A stretch of 64,000 nucleotides of DNA from a bacterium (GTDB taxonomy: Bacteria; BMS3Abin14), in the NCBI GenBank assembly GCA_020350725.1, contig CP070719.1, positions 1,515,404-1,579,403 on the forward strand, in the 5' to 3' direction. The position numbers and the translations under genes are program-made. Positions 9,776 to 21,900 of this stretch are shown one piece after another. Numbering within the stretch: the stretch's first letter is position 1; every line of letters begins with the position of its first letter. The notes under the pieces were generated by a model that saw only the letters and a list, made by a program, of their open reading frames with translations, did no database searches and was not told where the DNA came from.

Positions 9776-9850
9776 ATGAAGCGCTATATGGTTCCCCGCA
9801 TCGCTCACTGCGACGAAGGTTGCCCGCAACGGTCCTGGGCAGGACGGTAA
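9776..9850 (+). CDS. Putative 24-aa small peptide MKRYMVPRIAHCDEGCPQRSWAGR
   Basis: AGGGAGGT RBS just upstream of the ATG, AT-rich promoter-like sequence (TTGAAA 9675, TATAAT 9702) and a strong hairpin right after the stop. Confidence 0.45.
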   Translation: MKRYMVPRIAHCDEGCPQRSWAGR

Positions 9851-9860
9851 AAGGCCTAAA

Positions 9861-9898
9861 GCGGGAAAAAATGCCCTCATTGAGGGCTTTTTTCCCGC
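9861..9898. terminator. Long hairpin / bidirectional terminator
   Basis: GCGGGAAAAAA-t-GCCCTCA-t-TGAGGGC-TTTTTTCCCGC. Confidence 0.75.
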
Positions 9899-9981
9899 AG
9901 TGTCCAGTGCCTTGGGTCCGGAACCCCGGATCGTGGTCCCGGCGATGCAGGCCTTCTCCCCGTCTCCCTCCTGAGCTCCGG

Positions 9982-10037
9982 TCTCTGATGTCCAATGTCT
10001 GATCTCTAATCCCTAAAATCCAATGTCTCATCCCCGA
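9982..10037. repeat. Degenerate heptamer array (8 units)
   Basis: tctctga tgtccaa tgtctga tctctaa tccctaa aatccaa tgtctca tccccga. Confidence 0.7.
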
Positions 10038-10276
10038 TCATCCTTTTCCCTCAGCAAAATCGTTTTTTATTGACTGAAATGCCGCTGTTTGCTATCAAAT
10101 TGGGGCAATTTCCGATTTTACCCGGCTCTTTCGGGGGTGTCGAGGGCCGCCTGTACATTTCTTTGAGACATAATGTTCGTGCCCTTAAAGCGGTTGAATT
10201 CAGGATAAAGACGTAGTATTTTAGTAAGGTATTTGGTGGCACTATAGGCCACCGCCTTAACCAAAAGGAGAGCACT

Positions 10277-11518
10277 ATGAAGAAAAGAGGTCTGATCCTA
10301 CTGGTAGTTCCCTTTCTGGCGATTGCTTTCTTCGTTGCCCCTGCCCATGCAGTCGACAGTATCGTCATCGGACACCCGGCCGCCCTTTCCGGAAGCTACG
10401 CCAAGGCCGGCGAGCAGGCGGTGGGAGGGGTTCAGGCGGCCGTTGACTGGGTGAACTCGGTCTACGGCGGTGTCAATGTGGGCGGCAAGAAAGTCCCGCT
10501 GGTTTACAAGTACTATGACTGTGAATCCAAGAAGGAATCCGTCACCAGCCTCCTGGAGAGGCTGATCACCACCGACAAGGTGACCGTCACCTTCGCCCCC
10601 TACAGCTCCGGCCTCACCCTCGCCGGGGCTCCGGTGGCCGAGAAGTACGGCATCGTCTACATGGATCACGGCGGCGCTTCGGACAAGATCTTCACACAGG
10701 GCTTCGAGTACGTCGTCCAGACCATCGGCCCCGGCTCCAGCTACCATGTCGGAACCCTCGAGATGGTCAAGAAGATCGCCCCCGACGTCAAAAGAGTAGC
10801 CCTTGCCTACGAGGACTCCGAATTTGCCCGGTCCGTCATGGACGGCGCGGAGGCCAAGGCCAGGGAACTGGGCTTCGAGGTGGTGTTCAAGCGAACGTAT
10901 CCCATGAAAGTGGAAGACCTGACCCCCCTCCTCTCAGACCTCAAGGCGTCCGATCCCGAGATCGTCATCGGGGGCGGTCACTTCCAGGACGGCCAGCTGT
11001 TCAACAAGCAGATGGCAGACCTGGACATCAACGTCAAGCTCCTGTCCCTGATCGCCGCCGCCACCCTGCCCGCCTTCGGTGAGGCCCTCGGCGATCTGGC
11101 GGAGGGCGTCATGGGCCCGTCTCACTGGGAGTACGGCGTCACCTTCTCGGAGGAGGGCGCAAAGGCCGCGGGCATGACATGGATCGGCCCCAGCCAGGAC
11201 GAGTACGTCGCCCTGTTCAAGAAGGCCGTGGGCAAGGACATGCTCCCCGACTACCACGCGGCCGAGGCCAGCGCCCAGGTGCTCGCCCTGGTCCTGGCGG
11301 TGGAGAAGAGCGATTCGGTGGATTCCGATGTGCTCCGCAAGACCCTGGGCGACCTGACCTTCATGTCCTTCTACGGCGGATGGGATATCGATGACACCGG
11401 CAAGCAGATCGGCCACTCCATGGTGAACGTCCAGTGGCAGAAGGGTGAGAGGAAGATCATCTGGCCCGAGGATGCCCAGACGGCCAAACCGGTCTTTCCG
11501 AAGCCTGACTTCGAATAA
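10277..11518 (+). CDS. Branched-chain amino acid-type ABC transporter substrate-binding protein
   Basis: Signal peptide (…APAHA), type I periplasmic binding fold pattern (LSGSYA, APYSS), first gene of a liv-like operon. Confidence 0.85.
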   Translation: MKKRGLILLVVPFLAIAFFVAPAHAVDSIVIGHPAALSGSYAKAGEQAVGGVQAAVDWVNSVYGGVNVGGKKVPLVYKYYDCESKKESVTSLLERLITTDKVTVTFAPYSSGLTLAGAPVAEKYGIVYMDHGGASDKIFTQGFEYVVQTIGPGSSYHVGTLEMVKKIAPDVKRVALAYEDSEFARSVMDGAEAKARELGFEVVFKRTYPMKVEDLTPLLSDLKASDPEIVIGGGHFQDGQLFNKQMADLDINVKLLSLIAAATLPAFGEALGDLAEGVMGPSHWEYGVTFSEEGAKAAGMTWIGPSQDEYVALFKKAVGKDMLPDYHAAEASAQVLALVLAVEKSDSVDSDVLRKTLGDLTFMSFYGGWDIDDTGKQIGHSMVNVQWQKGERKIIWPEDAQTAKPVFPKPDFE

Positions 11519-11611
11519 TTCATTTGGCGTCAAGGACCGGTCCCACCGGAAGGGGCCGGTCGTCGCCAGTTCTTGGTAATAATTCTGTAGGATATTGGTG
11601 GCATGGTTGAG

Positions 11612-11643
11612 GGCGAAAGCGCTCCATAAGGAGCGCTTTCGCC
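11612..11643. other. Perfect 14-bp stem-loop between the binding-protein and permease genes (probable mRNA stabiliser/attenuator)
   Basis: GGCGAAAGCGCTCC-ataa-GGAGCGCTTTCGCC; a second hairpin lies at about 11535-11560. Confidence 0.65.
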
Positions 11644-11686
11644 GGATTCCATCCCCATCCCCAGGAGGGTCTGCGAGGATGAGCCA

Positions 11687-12769
11687 GTGATCTTTGAACA
11701 ACTATCCGGAAACCTTTTGCAGGGCCTCGTCCTCGGTTCTGTCTACGGGATGGCGACCATGGGACTGAGCCTGATCTTCGGTGTTCTGCAGGTGGTCAAC
11801 GTGGGGCACGGCGCCTTCATCATGGTGGGGGCGTTTACATCCCTGATGATGTTCCAGGCGGCGGGCGTCCCGCCGGTGTTGGCCATCCCGGTTGCTTTTG
11901 CCATCGGGATGGCCCTGGGGATGCTCTTCTACTTCGGGGCGTTAAAGCCCCTCGTTTCCCCGAGTGGTTCGGGCATCAAAAGTCTCGACATGAGGGCGGT
12001 CGGCATGGGGGCGGGGATTCTTGTCGCTCTGCTCGTCGTCATGAGATTTCTTTCCGCGGCCTTCAAGCTCCACTTCGCCATCACTCTCTTCGTGGCGATC
12101 ATCTTCCTGTACGGTTTCCTCCTCTATATCTATGGAGGGCGCCGTCAGGACAAGGCTCCCGAGCTGGCCACCCTCCTGGTGACGTTTTCCATCGGCGTTA
12201 TCCTCGAGGAGTCCGTTAAACAGCTGTTCACCTCCGAGGCGAGGGGCTTCAACTGGGCTATCGGCAAGCTTGACCTGGGCGTCACGGTCCTTCCCTACAC
12301 CAAGCTGATCGCCAGTTTCGGCAGTCTGACCATCGCGGTCCTCCTCTACCTGTGGTTCCGGAAGACCCGTGCCGGCATGGCCATGCGCAGCGTCGTCGAG
12401 GACGACGTGGGAGCCCGGGTGTGCGGCGTCAACGTGGACTGGCAGTACGCCCTGAGCTTTTCCCTGGGGATCGGCCTCACGGTGACCAGCGGCGTCCTCC
12501 TGACCATGTTCATCCCGGTGGGGATCAATCCCTACATGGGAGGTCCCTACACCCTCAAGTCCTTCGTCATCGCCGTCCTCGGAGGTTTGGCCTCCCCCTA
12601 CGGAGCCTTCTTCGGCGGCCTTGTCTTCGGCCTGGTGGAGAACGGCTCCTACACGCTGTTCGCCCAGTTCCAGGGGCTTGAGCCCTTCGCCATGACCCGT
12701 TTCTTCTCCTTCGTCATGCTCCTGGTGATCCTTCTCCTCAGGCCCACCGGCCTCCTGAAGGTGAAATGA
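11687..12769 (+). CDS. livH: Branched-chain amino acid ABC permease (LivH-like)
   Basis: GLSLIFGVLQVVNVGHG, TRAGMAMRSV, VLGGL, LLRPTGL. Confidence 0.85.
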   Translation: MIFEQLSGNLLQGLVLGSVYGMATMGLSLIFGVLQVVNVGHGAFIMVGAFTSLMMFQAAGVPPVLAIPVAFAIGMALGMLFYFGALKPLVSPSGSGIKSLDMRAVGMGAGILVALLVVMRFLSAAFKLHFAITLFVAIIFLYGFLLYIYGGRRQDKAPELATLLVTFSIGVILEESVKQLFTSEARGFNWAIGKLDLGVTVLPYTKLIASFGSLTIAVLLYLWFRKTRAGMAMRSVVEDDVGARVCGVNVDWQYALSFSLGIGLTVTSGVLLTMFIPVGINPYMGGPYTLKSFVIAVLGGLASPYGAFFGGLVFGLVENGSYTLFAQFQGLEPFAMTRFFSFVMLLVILLLRPTGLLKVK

Positions 12770-13764
12770 TGCGGCCGGTCAGGGCCTACTATCCGATTCT
12801 GCCGGTCCTCATCGGCTACGGGATCCTCTTCGGGATCGGACAGATGGTTCCGGGCAAGTGGCAGCTCATTTCCCAGCTGGCCTTCTTCTGCGCTCTGGGC
12901 CAGGCCTTCAACCTTTTTATGGGCATGACGGGGTACGTTGACTTCGGCTACGTGGCCTTCCTGGGAGTGGGAACCTACGGCATGGCCGTGTCCATATACT
13001 ACCTCTTCGACAAGGGGTTGGGCCTGACCATGATCGTCATCGGCATGATCCTGGCCGCGGTGTTCTCCACCCTTCTTTCCCTGGCGGTGGGGGCTGTGGC
13101 CCTCCGATTGAGGGGGGCGTATTTTGCCATCGCCACCATAGGCGTCAACGAGGGTTTCCGGTTCCTCATCGAGGGGGCCAGGATCTGGAACGGATCGGAC
13201 GGCATGATCTTCTCCCGCCACATGAAGACGGCCTTCGGCAGGGAGACGGCCATGGCCCTGTCCATGAAATGGGCCGACGTGATCGTCTTCGGGGTAGCAT
13301 TTCTCGCCGCCGTCATGACCCTCCTCTACATGAGGAACAAGGTGGGATACGCCCTGACGGCCCTGCGGGAGGACGAGGACGCAGCCAAGGTGATGGGCAT
13401 CAACGTGACCAGATACAAGCTCATCGCCTTCATCACCAGCGCCATCCTGGCCGGCCTTTTGGGAGCATCGGCCTGGGCCCTCAAGCTCACCTACGTTTAC
13501 CCGACAGACGTCTTCGCCATCCACTACACGGTGGAGGCCATCATCATCGTCCTCCTCGGAGGCGCGGGCACCCTTCTCGGCCCCATCGTGGGAGGGCTGA
13601 TCTACGGCGTATCGAAATACTACCTGGCCATTGTCCTCCCCGGTTTCCAGCTCATGATCTTCGCGCCCATCATCATCATGATCATCGTCCTGTTCCCCGA
13701 GGGCACCGTGGGGATCCTCAAGAAGAGGGTGTTTGGAACACCCCTCGAGAAGTTTATTATCTGA
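12766..13764 (+). CDS. livM: Branched-chain amino acid ABC permease (LivM-like)
   Basis: GMTGYVDFG, LRLRGAYFAIAT, ALREDEDAA, LGGAGT. Confidence 0.87.
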   Translation: MMRPVRAYYPILPVLIGYGILFGIGQMVPGKWQLISQLAFFCALGQAFNLFMGMTGYVDFGYVAFLGVGTYGMAVSIYYLFDKGLGLTMIVIGMILAAVFSTLLSLAVGAVALRLRGAYFAIATIGVNEGFRFLIEGARIWNGSDGMIFSRHMKTAFGRETAMALSMKWADVIVFGVAFLAAVMTLLYMRNKVGYALTALREDEDAAKVMGINVTRYKLIAFITSAILAGLLGASAWALKLTYVYPTDVFAIHYTVEAIIIVLLGGAGTLLGPIVGGLIYGVSKYYLAIVLPGFQLMIFAPIIIMIIVLFPEGTVGILKKRVFGTPLEKFII

Positions 13765-13772
13765 GGTGAGAG

Positions 13773-14522
13773 ATGTCCCTGTTGAGAGTTGAGAATGTCA
13801 CCAAGCGGTTCGGCGGCCTCGTGGCGGTCGATGACATGTCCTTCGAGATCAGGCACGGTGAGCTCATGGCCATCGTCGGGCCAAACGGCGCGGGCAAGAC
13901 GACGATGTTCAACCTCATCAACGGCGTTTTTCCCGCCGATGAAGGGAGGATCATCTTCGAGGACGTCGACGTGACCAGGTACCCCGCCTATAAGAGGGCC
14001 CACCTGGGCATCGGACGCACCTTCCAGATCCCGAGGCCCTTCGCCTCGGCCACCGTGAGGGAGAATATAGCCATCGGCGGGATGTTCGGCGCGGCCGGTA
14101 GTGAGATCAGCGTCGACCGGGCCATGGAACTCGCCGATCACTATATCGATATCATCGGCCTGAAGGAGCACCGGGACAAACCGGCAGGAGGCCTCACCCC
14201 CGTCGAGAAGAAGCTGGTGGAGATCGCCCGGGCCCTGGCCATGAAACCCCGGCTCCTGCTCATGGACGAGGCCATGGCCGGCATGAACCCGAAGGACATC
14301 GACGAGATGGTGGCTTTCATCAGGGAGATCCGGGACACAGAGGGGATCGCCATAGTGTCCATGGTCGAGCATATCATGAGGGCCGTGGCCGGCCTGGCCG
14401 AGAGGGTTATCGTCATGCACCAGGGTGCGCTGCTTGTCGACGAGCCTACTCAGGAAGCGCTGAGCGATCCCAGGGTCATCGAGGTCTACCTCGGTCAACC
14501 ACCGGAGGAGGCCCATGCTTAA
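13773..14522 (+). CDS. livG: ABC ATP-binding protein (LivG-like)
   Basis: KRFGGLVAV, GPNGAGKTT, RTFQ, VIEVYLG. Confidence 0.88.
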   Translation: MSLLRVENVTKRFGGLVAVDDMSFEIRHGELMAIVGPNGAGKTTMFNLINGVFPADEGRIIFEDVDVTRYPAYKRAHLGIGRTFQIPRPFASATVRENIAIGGMFGAAGSEISVDRAMELADHYIDIIGLKEHRDKPAGGLTPVEKKLVEIARALAMKPRLLLMDEAMAGMNPKDIDEMVAFIREIRDTEGIAIVSMVEHIMRAVAGLAERVIVMHQGALLVDEPTQEALSDPRVIEVYLGQPPEEAHA

Positions 14523-15222
14523 GGTGGAAAAACTGGAATCCGGGTACGGCCCCATGCAGGTCCTGTGGGGACCAAACCTGCAGGCCGAGGCCGGAGCGAT
14601 CACGTCCATCCTGGGGCCCAACGGGGCGGGAAAGTCCACCTTGCTGTGGACGATCCTCGGTGGTGTCACGGCGCGTAGGGGAAAGGTGGTCTTCGAGGGC
14701 AACGACGTCACTGAGCTCCCCGCCCACAGGAAGGTGGACCTCGGCATCACCTTGGTCCCTGAGGGAAAGCACCTGTTCAAGGAGATGACCGTCTACGAGA
14801 ACCTGGTCATGGGAGCCTACCGCAAGGAGGCCCTGGCGGAAAAGGAGAAGACCCTCGACCTGATCTACTCCCTTTTCCCCATTCTCGCCGAGCGCCGGAA
14901 CCAGAAATCGGGAACCCTGTCCGGAGGGCAACAGCAGATGGTCACCATCGGCCGATCCCTCATGACGAAGCCCAAGCTGATCATGATGGACGAACCGAGC
15001 CAGGGGCTGGCCCCGAAACTTATCATGGAGATCTTCGAGACGGTCGAAAGGCTGAAGGAAGAGGTGGGGCTGACGATCCTCCTGGTGGAACAGAATGCCG
15101 CGGCCTCCCTCGACGCGGCCGACTACGTCTACGTCATGCACGAGGGGACGATCAAGGCGGAAGGGACGCCGGAGGTGATCAAGGCGTCCGACGAAATACG
15201 GGAAGCTTATCTGGGCATTTAA
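14515..15222 (+). CDS. livF: ABC ATP-binding protein (LivF-like)
   Basis: GPNGAGKST, LSGGQQQM, DEPSQGLAP, LVEQN, EAYLG. Confidence 0.88.
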   Translation: MLKVEKLESGYGPMQVLWGPNLQAEAGAITSILGPNGAGKSTLLWTILGGVTARRGKVVFEGNDVTELPAHRKVDLGITLVPEGKHLFKEMTVYENLVMGAYRKEALAEKEKTLDLIYSLFPILAERRNQKSGTLSGGQQQMVTIGRSLMTKPKLIMMDEPSQGLAPKLIMEIFETVERLKEEVGLTILLVEQNAAASLDAADYVYVMHEGTIKAEGTPEVIKASDEIREAYLGI

Positions 15223-15224
15223 TG

Positions 15225-15386
15225 AGGCGCGCGATAAAGGGCAATCTGCCCCTCGACAGGCTCGGGGCCCTGAGCAGAGTCGAAGGGCTGCGTTCTCGCC
15301 TTTCGGAAATCCTCGACGTATGTCCCACATATGCCTCCGGTCTCCTCAAGACTGCGGCCATCCATCTCACCCATTCTCACGCGCCT
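15225..15386. mobile_element. MITE-like element with imperfect terminal inverted repeats and an internal REP-like palindrome
   Basis: Left end AGGCGCGCGATAAAGGG versus reverse complement of right end AGGCGCGTGAGAATGGG; TTAA near both ends; inner palindrome at 15248-15288. Confidence 0.5.
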
Positions 15387-15497
15387 TTTAAGTCCTATTA
15401 GCTGTTAATTATCCTCCTCATCGGGGTTCTCCTGTTTTGGCTTTTGGATTCGGGACTTTGGGCTCTCCTTAGCACTCAGCACCTGGCTCTTCGAACT

Positions 15498-15561
15498 AAG
15501 AAGGTGTCAAGCCTGCAGGCACCAGACAGTGAAATATGACCTGCAAGCTTGACACTTTCTT
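15498..15561. repeat. 22-bp inverted repeat overlapping the putative guaB -35 box
   Basis: AAGAAGGTGTCAAGCCTGCAGG ... CCTGCAAGCTTGACACTTTCTT (2 mismatches); TTGACA at 15549. Confidence 0.75.
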
Positions 15562-15593
15562 CTATTGTTACTAATCTCCCTAAATTCACCTAG

Positions 15594-17159
<1,566 letters not shown>

Positions 17160-17161
17160 TC

Positions 17162-17268
17162 AATCCAAAATCCAAAATCTAAAATCCAAAAAGGACATCA
17201 ACCACTAAATATTAAATGATCACGGTAACTTAGAAAAAGTTTTGGCCTTTGGATTTTGGCCTTTGGAC
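17162..17268. repeat. Inverted pair of heptamer arrays (AATCCAA x4 ... TTTGG[A/C]Y x4)
   Basis: aatccaa aatccaa aatctaa aatccaa at 17162-17189 and tttggcc tttggat tttggcc tttggac at 17241-17268. Confidence 0.8.
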
Positions 17269-17290
17269 TCAAGGATCGTGAGGTAAACCG

Positions 17291-18859
17291 TTGCCAGGCG
17301 TCGACATCCACGACGAGAAGGTCCTGATCCTCGACTTCGGGAGTCAGTACACGCAGTTGATCGCCCGGAGGATCCGGGAGCAGAAGGTCTACTGCGAGAT
17401 CCTTCCCTGCACCGTTCCGCTGGACAGGATACGGGAGTTCGGAGCCAAGGGGATCATCCTTTCCGGTGGGCCGTCCAGCGTCATGGATGACGATGCGCCC
17501 ACGGTTTCGGCGGAGCTTTTCGAGCTCGGGGTCCCGTTCCTCGGCATCTGCTACGGTATGCAGCTCATTACCCATCTCCTGGGGGGAACTGTGGGCAGGG
17601 CCGAGAAGCGGGAATACGGTCACGCCATGCTCACCATCGACAGCAACGCGGATCTCTTCAGGGGTTTCGAGACCGGCGAGGCCAATCAGACCAAGGTCTG
17701 GATGAGCCATGGCGACCGCATCGAGTCGGCCCCGGAGGATTTCGTCCCCATCGCCCATACGGACAACTCCCCCATAGCAGCCATGAGCAGCCGGGAAAGC
17801 AGGATATTCGCGGTCCAGTTCCATCCTGAGGTGGTGCATACCCCTCGGGGTACCCACATCCTGGAGAATTTCCTCTTCTCGATCTGCCGGCTGTCGCCGG
17901 TGTGGACGGCCAAGTCCTACATCGAGATGGCCATCGAACAGATCAGAGAGAAGGTGGGCGGGGAAGGGAAAGTCCTGTGCGCCCTGTCCGGAGGAGTGGA
18001 TTCCTCCGTCGTCGCTGTCCTGGTTCACCGGGCCATCGGGGATCGCCTCACATGCGTTTTTGTGGACAACGGCCTTCTCAGGAAGGGCGAAAGGAAACGG
18101 GTAAAAACGGTCTTTTCAGATTACTTCCACATCCCTCTCATTGTCCTGGACTCCGGCCCCGAGTTCCTGGAAAAACTGAAGGGTGTCGAGGATCCGGAGA
18201 AAAAGAGGATCATCATCGGCAACGAATTCATCCGCCTGTTCGAGATCGAGGCCAAGAAGCTCGGCGACGTAAAGTTCCTGGCCCAGGGTACCCTCTACCC
18301 GGACGTCATCGAGAGCGTGTCGTTCAAGGGGCCTTCGGCCACCATCAAGACCCATCACAACGTCGGTGGCCTCCCCGAGAAGATGGACCTCGAACTTGTC
18401 GAGCCCCTGAGGGAACTGTTCAAAGACGAGGTCAGGGAGGTGGGCAGGGAGCTCGGTATCCCGAACGAGATCGTGGGACGGCACCCCTTCCCCGGTCCTG
18501 GCCTGGGCATCAGGGTCATAGGCGAGGTCACCGAGGAGAGGCTGGCTGTGCTGCGGGAGGCCGACGCCATCGTCCGTGAGGAGATAAGGGCCTCGGGACT
18601 TTACGATACCATCTGGCAGCTCTTAGCCGTTCTGCTCCCGATCAAGACGGTAGGGGTCATGGGGGATGAGCGGACGTATGAGAATGCCATCGCCGTGCGT
18701 GCCGTGCACAGCATGGACGGAATGACTGCCGACTGGGTGCACCTGCCCTACGAACTGCTCAACCGGATATCCAACCGGATCATCAACGAGGTCAAGGGGG
18801 TCAACAGGGTCGTCTACGACATCAGCTCGAAACCCCCGGCCACCATCGAGTGGGAGTAA
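17291..18859 (+). CDS. guaA: GMP synthase (glutamine-hydrolysing)
   Basis: [50 protein letters not shown]. Confidence 0.97.
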   Translation: MPGVDIHDEKVLILDFGSQYTQLIARRIREQKVYCEILPCTVPLDRIREFGAKGIILSGGPSSVMDDDAPTVSAELFELGVPFLGICYGMQLITHLLGGTVGRAEKREYGHAMLTIDSNADLFRGFETGEANQTKVWMSHGDRIESAPEDFVPIAHTDNSPIAAMSSRESRIFAVQFHPEVVHTPRGTHILENFLFSICRLSPVWTAKSYIEMAIEQIREKVGGEGKVLCALSGGVDSSVVAVLVHRAIGDRLTCVFVDNGLLRKGERKRVKTVFSDYFHIPLIVLDSGPEFLEKLKGVEDPEKKRIIIGNEFIRLFEIEAKKLGDVKFLAQGTLYPDVIESVSFKGPSATIKTHHNVGGLPEKMDLELVEPLRELFKDEVREVGRELGIPNEIVGRHPFPGPGLGIRVIGEVTEERLAVLREADAIVREEIRASGLYDTIWQLLAVLLPIKTVGVMGDERTYENAIAVRAVHSMDGMTADWVHLPYELLNRISNRIINEVKGVNRVVYDISSKPPATIEWE

Positions 18860-18930
18860 GGATAAATCCGGTTCCATATTTCAGGTTCCAGGTCGAGAAC
18901 CTCGACTACTAGGCACGGGACACTGTTTTT

Positions 18931-21900
18931 ATGAAGCACGTCGATTTTGTCCATCTGCACGTCCACACCTCCTACAGTCTCCTGGATGGGGCCTGCCGCG
19001 TTCGGGAGCTGACGGATCTGGCGGCCAAGATGCGCTTCCCGGCCCTGGCTGTAACCGACCATGGGGCCATGTTCGGGGTCATCGATTTCTACCAGAGTGC
19101 TCTGAGGTCGGGGATCAAGCCCATTATCGGCCAGGAATTCTACGTCGCCCCAGGCAGCCGCACCGAGAGACAGCCCGACGGGTATGGCGAAGTGGCCTAC
19201 CACGTCGTTCTGCTGGCCCGGGATCTTGCCGGCTACCAGAATCTCCTGAAGCTCTCCTCGGAATCCTTCCAAAGCGGGTTCTACTACAAACCGAGGATCG
19301 ACAGGGAAATTCTCGAACAGAACCATGAAGGTCTGATCGCCCTGTCGGCCTGTCTCAAGGGAGAAGTGGCCAGGCGCTTTCTGAAAGGCAATGAAGGAGA
19401 GGCGGTCGAGGCTGCCGCCTGGTACAGAGACGTGTTCCAGGACTCGTACTATCTTGAGATTCAACATAACGGCCTCGAGGAACAGGCCCGGGCCAACGCG
19501 GGCCTGGCGAAGATAGGCACCGATCTGGGAGTCCCCCTGGTTGCGACCAACGACGTTCACTACCTGCGAAGGGACGATCAGCGCATGCACGATGTTCTCC
19601 TCTGCATACAGACGGGCAAGACGGTCAACGACGAGGACCGGATGAGGATGGATGCCCAGGAGCTCTATCTCAAGTCCGCCGAGGAGATGGCATCCCATTT
19701 CCGGGAGTTTCCCGAGGCCCTCACCAATACCCTTGAGGTGGCCGAGCGATGCAACCTGGAGATCCCCCTCGGAAAGACTCATCTGCCGCATTTCCCGGTC
19801 CCCGATGACATGACACCGCAGGCCTGCCTGGTCAGAGAGGTCCGGGAGGGCTTCGAACGCCGTATGGAGTCCATTCTGTCCGCTCTTGCCGAGGACGAGC
19901 GGGAGATGGTCCATACCAAGTATAAAACCCGCCTGGCGAAGGAACTCGAGACCATCACTGAGATGGGATTTGCAGGTTACTTTCTCATCGTCTGGGATTT
20001 TATCAGATATGCCAGGGATCAGGGTATCCCGGTCGGTCCCGGTCGTGGTTCCGCCGCCGGCTCGCTGGCCTCCTATTCTCTCGGGATCACGGACATCAAT
20101 CCCATCGAGTACGGGCTCCTCTTCGAACGCTTTCTCAATCCGGAAAGGATCAGTCTGCCTGACATTGACATCGACTTCTGCATGGACCGAAGAGACGAGG
20201 TCCTGAAATACGTCTCAGGTAAGTACGGCGAGGACAGGGTCGCTCAGATCATCACATTCGGTACAATGGCGGCCAGGGGAGCGATAAGGGACGTGGGGCG
20301 GGCCCTGGACATGAACTATGCGGAAGTGGATCGGATCGCGAAGATGGTCCCGGACATCATCGGCATCACCCTCAGCAAGGCCCTCGAGCAGGAACCCCAG
20401 CTCCGGGAGATGATGAAAAAGGACAAGAGGGTGGCTGAGCTCATAGAGCTGGCCCAGAAGATCGAGGGGTTGCAGCGGCACGCTTCCACCCATGCGGCAG
20501 GGGTGGTCATCAGTGACCGACCGCTGAACGAATATGTTCCTCTCTTCAAGGGTTCGAAGGGTGAAGAGGTCCTCACCCAGTATGCCATGGGCGACCTGGA
20601 AAAGGTGGGCCTGGTCAAGTTCGACTTCCTCGGCCTGAGAACCCTCACCCTCCTTGACAACGCCCTCACCCTGGCCAACAGGAGGCTTGAGAGGGAGGGA
20701 AGGCCCGCCATCTCCCAGGAGGGACTCCCTCTGGACGATCGGACGACGTATGAACTCCTGTCACGGGGTGATACCGACGGCGTGTTCCAGCTGGAGAGTT
20801 CCGGCATGAAGGATCTCCTGGTCAAGATGAAGCCCGGTTCCTTCGAGGAACTCATCGCCCTGGTGGCTCTCTACCGTCCGGGTCCGCTCGGGAGCGGGAT
20901 GGTGACGGATTTCATTAACCGTAAGCAGGGACGACAGGAGATCACCTATGACCTCCCTCAGCTAAAGGGAATCCTCGAGGAAACCTACGGCGTGATCGTC
21001 TATCAGGAGCAGGTGATCCAGATCGCCAGCGAGATCGCCGGTTACAGCCTGGGCGAGGCGGATCTCCTCAGAAGGGCCATGGGAAAAAAGAAGCCCGAGG
21101 AGATGGAAAGACAGCTGGAACGATTCATGGATGGGGCGAAAAAGAGGGATATCCCCCAGGCCAAGGCGAAGAAGATCTTCGACACCGTAGTCTACTTCGC
21201 CGGATACGGTTTCAATAAATCTCACAGCGCCGCCTACGCCCTGATCTCCTACCGCACGGCTTATCTCAAGGCCCATTTTCCGGAAGAGTTCATGGCCGCC
21301 CTGCTCACCAGTGAGATGGACAACTCGGATAAAGTCACCGGACACATCGGCGTATGCAAGGAGATGGGGATCAAGCCCCTGCCCCCCGATATCAATGAAT
21401 CGGAGATCCCGTTCAGCGTCGTCGAAGGGGGCATCCGTTTCGGTCTGGGAGCCGTAAAGAACGTCGGCCTGGCGGCCCTCGACGAGATCCTTCGGCAGAG
21501 GGAATCGGAGGGTGCTCCGTTCCACTCCCTGGAGGACTTCTGCGCCAGGGTCGATCTCCGGAAAGTCAACAGAAGGGTGATCGAAAGCCTCATCAAATCA
21601 GGGGCCTTCGACGGGTTCGGCGGGCACAGGGCTCAGAATCTGGCCGCGCTCGATGGAGCCATCGAGAGGGGGCAGAAGGTTCAGAAGGACCGAGCCAACG
21701 GTCAGATCAGCATGTTCGACAGCGCCATGGAGGCCGATCCGTCCCATCTGCTTCCGGAGGTGGAACCGTGGAGCGAACATCTCCGGCTCAGCTACGAAAA
21801 GGACAGCCTGGGATTCTACATCAGCGGACACCCGCTCGATAAGTACCGTGCCGACCTGGACAGATACATCACAACCGATCTGGGCAAACTGGGCGAACTG

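Noticed and set aside
9776-9850. The small ORF as a Leu/Ile/Val attenuator leader for the liv operon
   Set aside because: It has no run of branched-chain codons, lies more than 400 bp upstream, and is separated from the operon by a repeat array and another promoter-like sequence.
17162-17268. Heptamer arrays as possible CRISPR repeats
   Set aside because: The units are 7 bp in tandem with no unique spacers, and there are no cas genes in the window.
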